Source: Candidatus Methanomethylophilaceae archaeon (GTDB lineage: Archaea > Thermoplasmatota > Thermoplasmata > Methanomassiliicoccales > Methanomethylophilaceae). Taken from it: 64,000 bases of DNA. The DNA lies in assembly GCA_944320495.1 (NCBI GenBank), contig CALUHR010000003.1, positions 1 through 64,000 on the forward strand, written 5' to 3'. A model generated the notes under the pieces. It was not told the origin of the DNA, searched no databases, and worked only from the letters and a program-made list of their open reading frames with translations. This document shows positions 1-8,916 of this stretch, piece by piece. The translations under genes and the position numbers were made by a program. Numbering within the stretch: position 1 is the first letter of the stretch; every line of letters starts with the position of its first letter.

Positions 1-1
1 A

Positions 2-115
2 ATCCGTCCCGTGTTCACGCCGCGGGGCAAAAGACCAAAGCGGCCGCACTTCTCCAAAAGCGATAACTACACCGGACGCATCGATCATCCGGAACCGGAA
101 CCGGATGATGATTGA
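2..115 (+). CDS. 3' end of a gene entering the window (partial, unknown product)
   Basis: Open frame from 2 to TGA at 113-115 (...HFSKSDNYTGRIDHPEPEPDDD*); the acidic tail looks like a natural C-terminus. Confidence 0.3.
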   Translation: MRPVFTPRGKRPKRPHFSKSDNYTGRIDHPEPEPDDD

Positions 116-163
116 CCGAGGCTGACCAGTGATGAGCCCTATGAGTTCTGACGGCGGTTCCAC

Positions 164-703
164 TCAGTCCGTGCTGTGGTAATCGGACATGCCGGTGTAC
201 AGGAGGAAGTCGGACAGCTTCATGCCGTCCTCCCATCTCATTATGTAGTTCCCGCTGTTGGAGACCTCGAGCTTCGGCAGCCTCCTGTGCAGCGTGGAGT
301 GCCTGCCCTTGTACTCGTGGTCGCTCGGAATTGTGAAGACCCTCCAAGGATCCCCCCTGAAACCCTTGAGGCGGTAGGCGTAGATCGGGACCAGATGGCA
401 GCGGTTGCACTCGCCCAGCATCGTGTCCGCCTGCTCCACCAGCCTCTGGCTCTTGCTGAAGTGCATGACGGGGTCGGAGGAGCTCTTGACCTCTATGGGG
501 AACGAGAAGTCCCAGCGGAGAGCGACGAGGTCCACCCCTAGAGACCCGGCGGCGCGGATAACGAGGAAGGGCTCCTGAAGCATCGAGTTGTAGGCCGCCG
601 TCTCCATGGCGTTGCATGTCTTGACCATCTTCGCGACAGCCTTCTCGTCGCCGGCCAGCAGGGCCTTGAGCTCGCGTTCGTACACATCGCCGGGTGCGGT
701 CAT
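164..703 (-). CDS. Archaeal Holliday junction resolvase (Hjc-like PD-(D/E)xK nuclease)
   Basis: G..YEREL N-terminus and RAAGSLGVDLVAL...IEVKSS motif typical of Hjc. Confidence 0.75.
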   Translation of the reverse strand: MTAPGDVYERELKALLAGDEKAVAKMVKTCNAMETAAYNSMLQEPFLVIRAAGSLGVDLVALRWDFSFPIEVKSSSDPVMHFSKSQRLVEQADTMLGECNRCHLVPIYAYRLKGFRGDPWRVFTIPSDHEYKGRHSTLHRRLPKLEVSNSGNYIMRWEDGMKLSDFLLYTGMSDYHSTD

Positions 704-790
704 CTTATCGGCACTCGATTCACGGCACCGTATATAAGGCGAATCAGGGGGTGGCCGAAAACCCCCACGAGACAGCGAAAACCCCCGCCG

Positions 791-1486
791 TCAGAACTCG
801 TCCACGAACCTGACGTCGGACGTGTCCACGCCCATGGCCTTGAAGATCGCATCCACGATCCTGGTGCTGTGGACTATGTAGCTGGAGTGGTCGGCGCGCT
901 TCATGATCACTAGCTCCGCACCGGGGATGCTGGAGGCGATGAACTCCGTGTCACTCCTCTTCACGCAGTCCCTGGACCCGGCGACGACCATGGTGGGGAC
1001 GTCGATCCTGGCAAGGTCCTCTGCGGTGATGTCGGGCTCGGTGAGCATCATGCGGATCTTCGGGTCCTTCCTGTCGATGTCCCCCATCCTGTCGATGGCC
1101 ATCCTGAAGCCGCCGAGGGTCTCCGGGCGTGTGTTGGCCCCACAGGCGATCAGATGCGAGAGCGACCCGGGATTCTGGGACGCGTACATGATGGCCACTA
1201 TCGCCCCGTCGCTGAACCCGCAGACCGCAGGCCTCTCGAGCTTGAGCTTCCTTATGAACTCGGACAGGTCGTCCACCATGTCCTGATAGTGGTACTCCCT
1301 GACTGGGGAGCTCTCGCCGTGTCCGCGGGAATCCACCAGGTACACGGTGAAGACCTGCTCGAGGTAGGCGACGGCACGGTCGAAGATCCTGTGGTCCTCG
1401 CCGTTGCCGTGGAGCATGATGAGTGCAGGGCCCTTCCTGCCGCGGACCTCGTAGTACAGTGAGACGCCGTTGGTGGTTACGCGCAT
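791..1486 (-). CDS. Alpha/beta hydrolase
   Basis: LHGNGE, DSRGHGES and GFSDG nucleophile elbow. Start reassigned to ATG 1486 (MRVTTNG), which has an AT-rich promoter-like stretch upstream. Confidence 0.85.
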   Translation of the reverse strand: MRVTTNGVSLYYEVRGRKGPALIMLHGNGEDHRIFDRAVAYLEQVFTVYLVDSRGHGESSPVREYHYQDMVDDLSEFIRKLKLERPAVCGFSDGAIVAIMYASQNPGSLSHLIACGANTRPETLGGFRMAIDRMGDIDRKDPKIRMMLTEPDITAEDLARIDVPTMVVAGSRDCVKRSDTEFIASSIPGAELVIMKRADHSSYIVHSTRIVDAIFKAMGVDTSDVRFVDEF

Positions 1487-1637
1487 GACCGCCCATCGGT
1501 GTCCCCGATATAAAATTATGGGATTCCTAAAACGAATCGGCCGATGTACCGCCAACCGGTCGGAGATACATGGGTCGGAGACGGGGATCGGTGGAAAGGG
1601 GTTGATGAGGGGATGAACCCCTCTTGTTTGTCCGGTC

Positions 1638-2942
1638 TCAAGGCTCCAGTCTGCTGGGGTCCCTGGGGAACAGGATGGCCTCCCTGATGTTGGGCAGGTC
1701 CAGCATCTTCACGAGGAACCTCTCGATGCCGATGCCCCATCCTCCGTGCGGGGGCATGCCGTACCTGAAGGCCTCGAGGTAGAACTCGAAGTCCTCGGGG
1801 TCCAGACCCTTCTTCTGCATCCTCGCGACGAGGACATCGTACCTGTGCTCCCTCTGTCCTCCGGAGGAGATCTCCTGTCCCCTGTAGTCGAGGTCGAAGG
1901 AGAACGAGTAGGGGGTTCCATCCTTCTCCATGATGTAGAAGGGCTTGGCCTCCTCGGGGTACTCGGCGATGAAGTAGAGGTCGTTGCCGCGCTGGGACAT
2001 GACCTCTCCGACGATCCTCTCGCCCTCGGTCCCAAGGTCGTCGCCCTCCTTCAGGGGGAGTCCGGCGTCCTGGACCATCTTCAGGCACTCGCTGTAGGTC
2101 AGGATGGGGTAGGGCCTGGGAGGGACGTTGATCTCCCTGCCGATGGTCTCCAGGAGCTTGGCGCCCCTCTCCTTCAGTCCCCTGAGGACGTAGTCGATGA
2201 TGCCCTCGAGGGTCCTCATCACGTCCTCCATGTTCGAGATCCAGGACATCTCGCCGTCGAAGGAGATGAACTCGGTGACGTGGCGGGTGGTGTTGGACTG
2301 CTCCGCGCGGAAGGCGGGGGCGATCTCGTACACGCGGTCGAGGCCGGTGGACATGAGGATCTGCTTGTAGAGCTGGGGGGACTGGGACAGGTACGCGGGC
2401 CTGTCGAAGTACTGGACCCTGAACAGCTCGGCTCCGCCCTCCGCCCCGGCGGCGGAGATCTTGGGGGTGTTGATGCGCACGAAGTCGGCCTCGCGGACGG
2501 CCTCCTCGATGAGGTCGTACATGAGGGACTTCAGCTCGAAGAGCGCACGGACCTCGGGCTTGCGGAGGTCCATGAACCTGTGGTTGAGGCGGGTGTCCAT
2601 CTCCACGTTGACCTTGTCGATGACGCCCATGGGGAGCGGGGTGCCCGCCTCGGAGACGACCTCGGCGGCCTTCGGGATGAGCTCCAGACCCAGGGCGGTC
2701 TGGTTGCTCTCCTTCACGTCTCCGGTGATCGAGACGACGGTCTCCCTGGAGAGCTTGGTGAGGAGCTCGAAGAGCCCGGGCTCGATCTTCTTCTTGGGCA
2801 TGGTGACCTGGATGGTCCCGTGCCTGTCGCGGAGCGTCAGGAAGGAGATCCCTCCGAGGTTCCTGATGTCCTGGACCCAGCCGTTGACGGTGACCTCGCC
2901 GTCGGAGACGGCGATGTTTCCTGAATCCTTGATTACTGCCAT
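1638..2942 (-). CDS. aspS: Archaeal-type aspartyl-tRNA synthetase
   Basis: OB fold (GWVQDIRNLGGISFLTLRD), LSQSPQLYKQ, FRAE motif 2, GMPPHGGWGIGIER motif 3. Confidence 0.95.
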   Translation of the reverse strand: MAVIKDSGNIAVSDGEVTVNGWVQDIRNLGGISFLTLRDRHGTIQVTMPKKKIEPGLFELLTKLSRETVVSITGDVKESNQTALGLELIPKAAEVVSEAGTPLPMGVIDKVNVEMDTRLNHRFMDLRKPEVRALFELKSLMYDLIEEAVREADFVRINTPKISAAGAEGGAELFRVQYFDRPAYLSQSPQLYKQILMSTGLDRVYEIAPAFRAEQSNTTRHVTEFISFDGEMSWISNMEDVMRTLEGIIDYVLRGLKERGAKLLETIGREINVPPRPYPILTYSECLKMVQDAGLPLKEGDDLGTEGERIVGEVMSQRGNDLYFIAEYPEEAKPFYIMEKDGTPYSFSFDLDYRGQEISSGGQREHRYDVLVARMQKKGLDPEDFEFYLEAFRYGMPPHGGWGIGIERFLVKMLDLPNIREAILFPRDPSRLEP

Positions 2943-3053
2943 TGCGCGAGGGATGGCCGTACTCTATTTATGGGTTGATACAAGGGGGATGAGGGATCGG
3001 AACTGGTTTGCAAGGATACGTTCCGGGAGGTATCACACCTCCCGGAAGTCGAT

Positions 3054-3809
3054 TCACTTGGACTTGCCCTGGTTGGCCACCGCGTTCATCTTCGCGGCCA
3101 CCGCATCCTGGTCCCCGAGGTATCTCTTGGACAGGACGTTGAACTCCTCGTCGAACTCGTAGACGAGCGGCACCCCGGTTGGGATGTTGACACCTACGAT
3201 CTCGTCGTCGGAGAGCCCGTCGAAGCCCTTGACGAGTGCCCTGAGCGAGTTGCCGTGGGCGGCGATGAGAACCCTCTGGCCCTTCATCATCCTGGGCATG
3301 ATCTCCCTCTCGAAATACGGCACAGCCCTGGCGACGGTCTCCTTGAGGCTCTCGGTGAGCGGGAGGTCGTCCTTGGGGACGGTCCTGAACATGGCCTGCT
3401 TCGCGGGGTTCCTCTCGTCCTCGGGGTCGAGCTCCGGCGGAGGAGTGGCATAGGACCTCCTCCAGACGAGCACCTGCTCCTCGCCGTACTTCTTGGCGGT
3501 CTCCGCCTTGTTCAGGCCCTGGAGGGCGCCGTAGTGGCGCTCGTTGAGCTGCCATGCCTTGACGACGGGGAGCCACTCGCGGTCTATCTCCTCCAGCGCC
3601 AGGTTGAGCGTGTGGATGGCCCTCTTCAGATAGGACGTGTAGCAGACGTCGAAGTCCAGGCCCTCGGCGAGCATCAGCCTGCCCGCGGCGCGGGCCTCCT
3701 CCCTGCCCTTGTCGGAAAGGTCCACATCGGTCCATCCGGTGAACAGGTTCTCCTTGTTCCAGACGCTCTCCCCGTGGCGGAGGAGCACCAGAGTCATCTT
3801 GTCTGCCAT
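3054..3809 (-). CDS. gpmA: 2,3-bisphosphoglycerate-dependent phosphoglycerate mutase
   Basis: [37 protein letters not shown]; start at ATG 3809. Confidence 0.95.
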   Translation of the reverse strand: MADKMTLVLLRHGESVWNKENLFTGWTDVDLSDKGREEARAAGRLMLAEGLDFDVCYTSYLKRAIHTLNLALEEIDREWLPVVKAWQLNERHYGALQGLNKAETAKKYGEEQVLVWRRSYATPPPELDPEDERNPAKQAMFRTVPKDDLPLTESLKETVARAVPYFEREIMPRMMKGQRVLIAAHGNSLRALVKGFDGLSDDEIVGVNIPTGVPLVYEFDEEFNVLSKRYLGDQDAVAAKMNAVANQGKSK

Positions 3810-3838
3810 GCGACCCGCATCCGTGCATCGATACATAA

Positions 3839-4357
3839 TCATGCATCCCCGCCGGCATCGGGAGACGGCAGTATCACGAACGTCCCCGACGTCTCCTGCC
3901 CGCCATTGGTCACAGTGAGGATGTACATCCCCGATGGGAGATCGTCTATCCCGATGCGCGTGACGGGGCCCATCTCCCACCAGGAGTCGGACACGCCGGA
4001 CGGATCCAGGAGCTCCCATGTAGAGGATATATCACCGTTGACGATATCGGTGAAGAAAACCTCCATACGCCCATTATCGGTCACGGTGGTATCGAATCTC
4101 CCGTCCGTGAACGGTCCGAATGCGACGATGTCGTCGCTGAGCCACACCTGCCTCGGATACTCCGGATCGTCGTCTCCCCCCAGGGCGATGGCGAGGCCGA
4201 CGGCCGCGAACAGCATGAATGCGACCGCCACGACCACCAGGGCCCATTCGCGCTTCGATACGGGGACGAACCTTCTCTTCGCGGGCAGAGGGCTGCCGCA
4301 ATGGCTGCAGTATCCCGATCCCTCGTCGGTCTCCTTACCGCAGACGCCGCACTTCAT
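3839..4357 (-). CDS. Zinc-ribbon, single-TM membrane protein
   Basis: CxxC...CxxC N-terminus, one hydrophobic helix, acidic beta-rich C-terminal domain. Confidence 0.7.
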   Translation of the reverse strand: MKCGVCGKETDEGSGYCSHCGSPLPAKRRFVPVSKREWALVVVAVAFMLFAAVGLAIALGGDDDPEYPRQVWLSDDIVAFGPFTDGRFDTTVTDNGRMEVFFTDIVNGDISSTWELLDPSGVSDSWWEMGPVTRIGIDDLPSGMYILTVTNGGQETSGTFVILPSPDAGGDA

Positions 4358-4482
4358 GTGTGTACATGCACGTGCGCGTTATAAAACGGGGCCAGTTCCC
4401 TCCCTGGCACACGTGCCGACCACCCCAGCCTTTAATATGGCCCTCCTGGTTAGGGGGACCAAAGAGGATATGGTGTTCACTC

Positions 4483-5622
4483 ATGTCTGCTGAAAAAGTC
4501 ACTGTTTCGGTAATCAAGGCCGACGTCGGATCCGTCGTCGGACACTCGAGACCCCACCCCGAGATGCTCCAGGCCGCCAGGGACATCCTGAAGGACGCTC
4601 AGAAGGCCGGGACCATCGAGGACTTCTACGTCACCCGCGTCGGCGACGACATCAACCTGTTCATGTCCCACTACAAGGGCGAGGGCAACAAGGACGTCCA
4701 CGGCGCCGCCTGGGAGTGCTTCCAGAAGGCCGCCAGCATCGCCAAGTCCATGAAGCTCTACGCCGCCGGACAGGACATCCTGACCGACGCCTTCTCCGGC
4801 AACGTCAAGGGAGCCGGACCCGGATCCGCCGAGATGACCTTCGAGGAGCGCGGCTCCGAGCCCATGCTCTTCTTCATGGCCGACAAGACCGAGCCCTCCG
4901 CGTACACCCTGCCCCTGTGCAGGATCTTCCTGGACCCGTTCACCACCACCGGACTCGTCATCGACGCCCGCGCCAAGCAGGGATTCGACGTCGAGATCCA
5001 GGACGTCATCGGCCACAAGAAGGTCACCATGTCCTCCCCCGAGGAGACCCTGAGCATCCTCTCCCTCCTGGGCGACACCTCTAGGTACGCCATCAAGAGG
5101 ATCACCTCCCGCGCCGGCATCGGCCCCGCGTGCGTCGTCTCCACCGACAAGCTCAACCTCACCGCCGGCAAGTACATCGGCAAAGACGACCCCGTCTGCA
5201 TCTGCCGCTGCCAGTCCGGACTCCCGTCCGTCGGCGAGTACACCCAGCCCTTCGTCAACACCATGCTCGTCGCCGGCTGGATGAGGGGATCCCACTACGG
5301 TGCGTTCTACCCCTGCAGCCCCGAGGACTCCGACCCCGTCTACTTCGACGGACCCCCGAGAATCTGCTGCCTCGGATTCCAGCTCAACGAGGGCAAGTTC
5401 CAGGGACTCGAGCCCATGGGCGCCAAGGGCGGAGAGCACATCCCGGTGGACTTCTTCAAGAGCGACACCTTCGACCTGGCCAGGCAGAACGCCGTCAGGG
5501 CGAGCAAGTTCATCAGGAGCCAGGGCCCGTTCATGCCCTCCATCCTCGGTCCCGAGGAGATGGAGTACACCTCCAGGCCCGCCGTGCTCAAGGACCTGAC
5601 CTCCCGCTTCGAGGACCTCTGA
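4483..5622 (+). CDS. fbp: Bifunctional fructose-1,6-bisphosphate aldolase/phosphatase
   Basis: IKADVGS..GH, GDDINL, YAAGQDIL, GNVKGAGPG, ADKTEP, GKDDP, GWMRGSH. Confidence 0.95.
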   Translation: MSAEKVTVSVIKADVGSVVGHSRPHPEMLQAARDILKDAQKAGTIEDFYVTRVGDDINLFMSHYKGEGNKDVHGAAWECFQKAASIAKSMKLYAAGQDILTDAFSGNVKGAGPGSAEMTFEERGSEPMLFFMADKTEPSAYTLPLCRIFLDPFTTTGLVIDARAKQGFDVEIQDVIGHKKVTMSSPEETLSILSLLGDTSRYAIKRITSRAGIGPACVVSTDKLNLTAGKYIGKDDPVCICRCQSGLPSVGEYTQPFVNTMLVAGWMRGSHYGAFYPCSPEDSDPVYFDGPPRICCLGFQLNEGKFQGLEPMGAKGGEHIPVDFFKSDTFDLARQNAVRASKFIRSQGPFMPSILGPEEMEYTSRPAVLKDLTSRFEDL

Positions 5623-6290
5623 TGAAGCATCCGGTCATCATAGTGAACTTCAAGGCCTACAGGGAGGTGGAGGGCGACCGCGCCGTCCGCCTCTCCAGGC
5701 TGATACAGAAGGTCTCGACCGAGAACGGGGTGCCGATGGCGGTGTGCCCTCCGCACCTCTCCCTCGGCGTGGTGGCCAGGATGCTGGAGATTCCGGTCTA
5801 CGCCCAGAGCGTGGACCCCCTCCCTCCCGGCCCCGGCACCGGTTACGTCACCCCGTCGATGCTCCACTGCACCGACGTGAGGGGGACGCTGGTGAACCAT
5901 TCGGAGCACCGCATGCCCCGCGAGGACGTCGGTAGGGCCGTCGAGATGTGCAGGGACGTCGGACTCGACGTCTGCGTCTGCGCGGAGGACACCGCCGAGG
6001 CGGCGTCCATGGCCGAGTTCCATCCCGCCATGATCGCCGTGGAGCCACCCGGACTCATCGGAGGGGACGTGTCGGTCACCACCGCGGACCCGGCCATCGT
6101 CTCCGGCACCGTCGACGCGGTCATCGCCGTCGACCCGGAGATTGCGGTCTACTGCGGCGCCGGCGTGAAGACCGGAGACGACGTGCGCACCGCCATGGAC
6201 CTCGGAGCCCACGGCGTGCTCCTGGCGTCCGGGGTCGTCAAGGCCAAGGACCCCGAGGCAGTCCTCAGGGACCTCATCTCCAAGATCTGA
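5622..6290 (+). CDS. tpiA: Archaeal triosephosphate isomerase
   Basis: IVNFKAY, LVNHSEHR, AVEPP.LIG, GVLLASGVVKA; TGATG overlap with fbp. Confidence 0.95.
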   Translation: MKHPVIIVNFKAYREVEGDRAVRLSRLIQKVSTENGVPMAVCPPHLSLGVVARMLEIPVYAQSVDPLPPGPGTGYVTPSMLHCTDVRGTLVNHSEHRMPREDVGRAVEMCRDVGLDVCVCAEDTAEAASMAEFHPAMIAVEPPGLIGGDVSVTTADPAIVSGTVDAVIAVDPEIAVYCGAGVKTGDDVRTAMDLGAHGVLLASGVVKAKDPEAVLRDLISKI

Positions 6291-6328
6291 GGGGCAGAGC
6301 CCCCTCTCAAACGATTTCCTTCTGCGAT

Positions 6329-6351
6329 CAAATCAGGGAGTGGGGACCATC
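6329..6351 (+). repeat. attL core (CAAATCAGGGAGTGGGGACCATC)
   Basis: Identical to 15352-15374. Confidence 0.9.
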
Positions 6352-7592
6352 CTTATCCATCATTCCAAAAATTTGGGAACTTAACCAGTCCATCCGACCG
6401 CTTAACCGTTTATGCTTCCGATACCCCCGCCCCGTATCCATCCTCTACGAATCCAGCTAAGTCCCGCAAACCGAGCTTCTCCGGGGACTGGTTCGGCGAA
6501 TGGCGCTACGACCGCAAGGAGCTCCGTTCCGACCTCGCCAATGGGAGGATCCACCTGAAGAACCGCAGACACCAGCAGAGATTTCTGGACTGGTTACGCG
6601 ACGAGCAGATGATAGTCTTCCAGGACATGAAAACCAGAGAGAAGGTCTACAGCCCCGTCTGCCGTCGTGGAAACCGTCAGTATGCGATGAAGAAGGCAAG
6701 GCAGCGCGATTTGTTTCTGGAGGCATTCAGAACCAAGGAGCTGGACCGCCAAATCGGTAGCAACCCAAACGTCCGGGAGACCTGCGCTCTGCTGATCACT
6801 GTGACCTTCGACAAGAAGAGGTACACTATGGAGGAGGCGTGGGGTATGCTCTCGTCCACGGAGATTCCCGAGTCCAACCTCAAGACAGGGGTACTGAACA
6901 ACCTGACGGCCAACCTTCGGGACATATTCGGACCCCTGTGCAAGATCACCGTCAAGGAAGCCCAGGAGGACGGCTATCCTGCGCCGCATCTGATTGTTCT
7001 CCTCGACAATCCGACGACAGTCAGACTCCATCGTGGCAAGGGAGGTCAGTCATGGCGCATCTCCGATCCTCGCACGCTCAGACGCATCGGCAAGGATCCT
7101 GCACTCCGCAGACTGTCCAGAATTCGCCACGCCGATGCGATCTCTCTGAATCCCATCTGGAAGTACGGATTCATAGACGTGCAGGGCATCGTGAAGGGAT
7201 ACCGCTTCAAGAATCGCAAGGATGCCGTCAGCTACGCATACAAGTATCTCACGAAGTCCCTGACAGACGACCATGGCAGGGAGCTCGAGGGCCTCGATTC
7301 GATCTCCGAATGCAGCACCAAGAGCCTCCGCATATCTCTCTGGGGACATCTCTGCAACAAGTCCTACAGCCTGAGGGACATAACATACGGGAGGAAGGTC
7401 AAGGAGTTCCTAGGCATGCTGCCTGCCGAGAGCATCGATAAAGACGATACGGTAGAATCTAGATGGACGTTCATGAGAACGATTCCCTCGTTCGTCTATG
7501 AGAAGATCGTCATGTGGAATGCCAGAAAGATGCTACGCCCTTTCAGATCCACACCAAAGACCTCCGACACCAATCCGTTACCCTATCTCTGA
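6330..7592 (+). CDS. Rolling-circle replication initiator (HUH Rep); frame open from attL, no ATG/GTG/TTG until 6609
   Basis: Motif 1 LLITVTFD, motif 2-like EAQEDGYPAPHLIVLL, motif 3 YAYKYLTKS. The frame is open and protein-like upstream of ATG 6609. Confidence 0.8.
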   Translation, partial: KSGSGDHPYPSFQKFGNLTSPSDRLTVYASDTPAPYPSSTNPAKSRKPSFSGDWFGEWRYDRKELRSDLANGRIHLKNRRHQQRFLDWLRDEQMIVFQDMKTREKVYSPVCRRGNRQYAMKKARQRDLFLEAFRTKELDRQIGSNPNVRETCALLITVTFDKKRYTMEEAWGMLSSTEIPESNLKTGVLNNLTANLRDIFGPLCKITVKEAQEDGYPAPHLIVLLDNPTTVRLHRGKGGQSWRISDPRTLRRIGKDPALRRLSRIRHADAISLNPIWKYGFIDVQGIVKGYRFKNRKDAVSYAYKYLTKSLTDDHGRELEGLDSISECSTKSLRISLWGHLCNKSYSLRDITYGRKVKEFLGMLPAESIDKDDTVESRWTFMRTIPSFVYEKIVMWNARKMLRPFRSTPKTSDTNPLPYL

Positions 7593-7631
7593 TTCCTTTT
7601 TTGGATTGCCTCTATCATACATAGCCGTCAG

Positions 7632-7854
7632 GCTGCGCTCCGTCCGTCCCACCCCTTCTGCCCGGACGCCCCACGATCATACATCTGGTCTTCTCTACCT
7701 CCTGCTGTCCCAAGCGGGCGGGCAGGCGCCCCCACAGCCGCATGGCAGGGGGCGCGCCCGCACGCCATGGAGCCGCGAAGCGGCGACCGTGCCCGAGCGG
7801 AGCGAGGGCACAGGGGCCGGAGCGTCAGCGTAGGCCCCCAGGACGGAGCGCAGC
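7632..7854. other. Putative replication origin (sso/dso-like structured region)
   Basis: 14-bp perfect inverted repeat 7632-7645/7841-7854 enclosing a GC hairpin 7718-7761 and several AGCG motifs, directly after rep. Confidence 0.55.
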
Positions 7855-7920
7855 GACGTCCCGACTTGATGGAGAGAACGTGAGTTAAAAGTATGAACTA
7901 TTGTTACATTCCCTGTATTG

Positions 7921-8916
7921 ATGAGCAATGCCACCCCCGTCCAAAATGGATTCTTATTTCAGGATTGCTCTGCTATTGTATTATTTTTTGATCACATCAA
8001 AGATGTCAAATCATTCAGGGTCGAAGGTCAAAAAGAAGATATTGAATTCGAGCTTAATGATGGGTCGTTTATATATTCACAATCAAAATACTGTTCGAAA
8101 GATCTCCAAAAAACCAAAGCCAAATCCATTTTTCAAGACGCACTGCGCACGCTATCTTTAGCTGATTCTGAAAAATGTAGCGGTCTTGTCTACACTACCA
8201 ATATCATCTTACCATTCGGTCCTAAAACACCGTCCGTAGATTTTGGTCACCATGATTATTGCATTGATTACTCAAATCTATCCCAGGACAGTAAAAACAT
8301 AATTGATTCGATAATTGAGACAAAGCAACTGCTTCTAGATCGCTCTAAATTATCTATCCGTATAATAGCCTTTCAAGAATCGGACCTCCAGCATACAAAT
8401 AGCGTTGTTTACCAAAACATCAATCGTTTCCTCAATAAATTGGGTAACAGATTTCGGTTTGATGAAGAGAAGATAATGTCTCTTTTTATGGATATTATCA
8501 GCTATAATAAGAATAACAGAGATTTATCTGCACAGATATCAAAACATAATATTATCTGGATTCTGATTGATTATCTAATGTCTACGGTTGATCCAGGTTT
8601 TGATCACTTAGATCCTGCCTTGAGATACGAAGTTGAATCGAAATATGAGGAACTTATCTCAATTTATGTTGAACGTATACAGTATACAACAGCAATATTG
8701 TACGATTACAAGGAGTGGTGTAAAGACCGCTCCATCACTGCTGAAACAGTACAGGATTTTGTTACGACAAACTGGAAACACTATTCTTCTGAATTTGATT
8801 CAGATACTATAGACTTTGAAACTTTGAAGGCCTTGACAATTATAATATTGTCAAAAATATTGACTCTGAGATATATAATTGAAGACATAAAGGGCGTGGC
8901 GGGAATTGTGGATTAA
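7921..8916 (+). CDS. Lamassu/ABC-3C-type effector with N-terminal Cap4-like PD-(D/E)xK nuclease (LmuA-like)
   Basis: NATPVQNGFLFQ...EGQKEDIE...SQSK N-terminus; overlaps the following SMC-like ATPase; very AT-rich. Confidence 0.6.
   Translation: MSNATPVQNGFLFQDCSAIVLFFDHIKDVKSFRVEGQKEDIEFELNDGSFIYSQSKYCSKDLQKTKAKSIFQDALRTLSLADSEKCSGLVYTTNIILPFGPKTPSVDFGHHDYCIDYSNLSQDSKNIIDSIIETKQLLLDRSKLSIRIIAFQESDLQHTNSVVYQNINRFLNKLGNRFRFDEEKIMSLFMDIISYNKNNRDLSAQISKHNIIWILIDYLMSTVDPGFDHLDPALRYEVESKYEELISIYVERIQYTTAILYDYKEWCKDRSITAETVQDFVTTNWKHYSSEFDSDTIDFETLKALTIIILSKILTLRYIIEDIKGVAGIVD

Noticed and set aside
747-786. CGAAAACCCCC direct repeat x2
   Set aside because: Only two copies, part of a terminator-like hairpin; not a CRISPR array or iteron set.
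6329-6351. att core as a tRNA 3' end or dif site
   Set aside because: No cloverleaf, T-loop or CCA on either strand; not an AT-rich 11-6-11 dif-like palindrome.
6288-6609. TpiA-Rep read-through fusion (same frame)
   Set aside because: The tpiA TGA is followed by a hairpin and an in-frame CGA at 6312; nothing supports TGA recoding.
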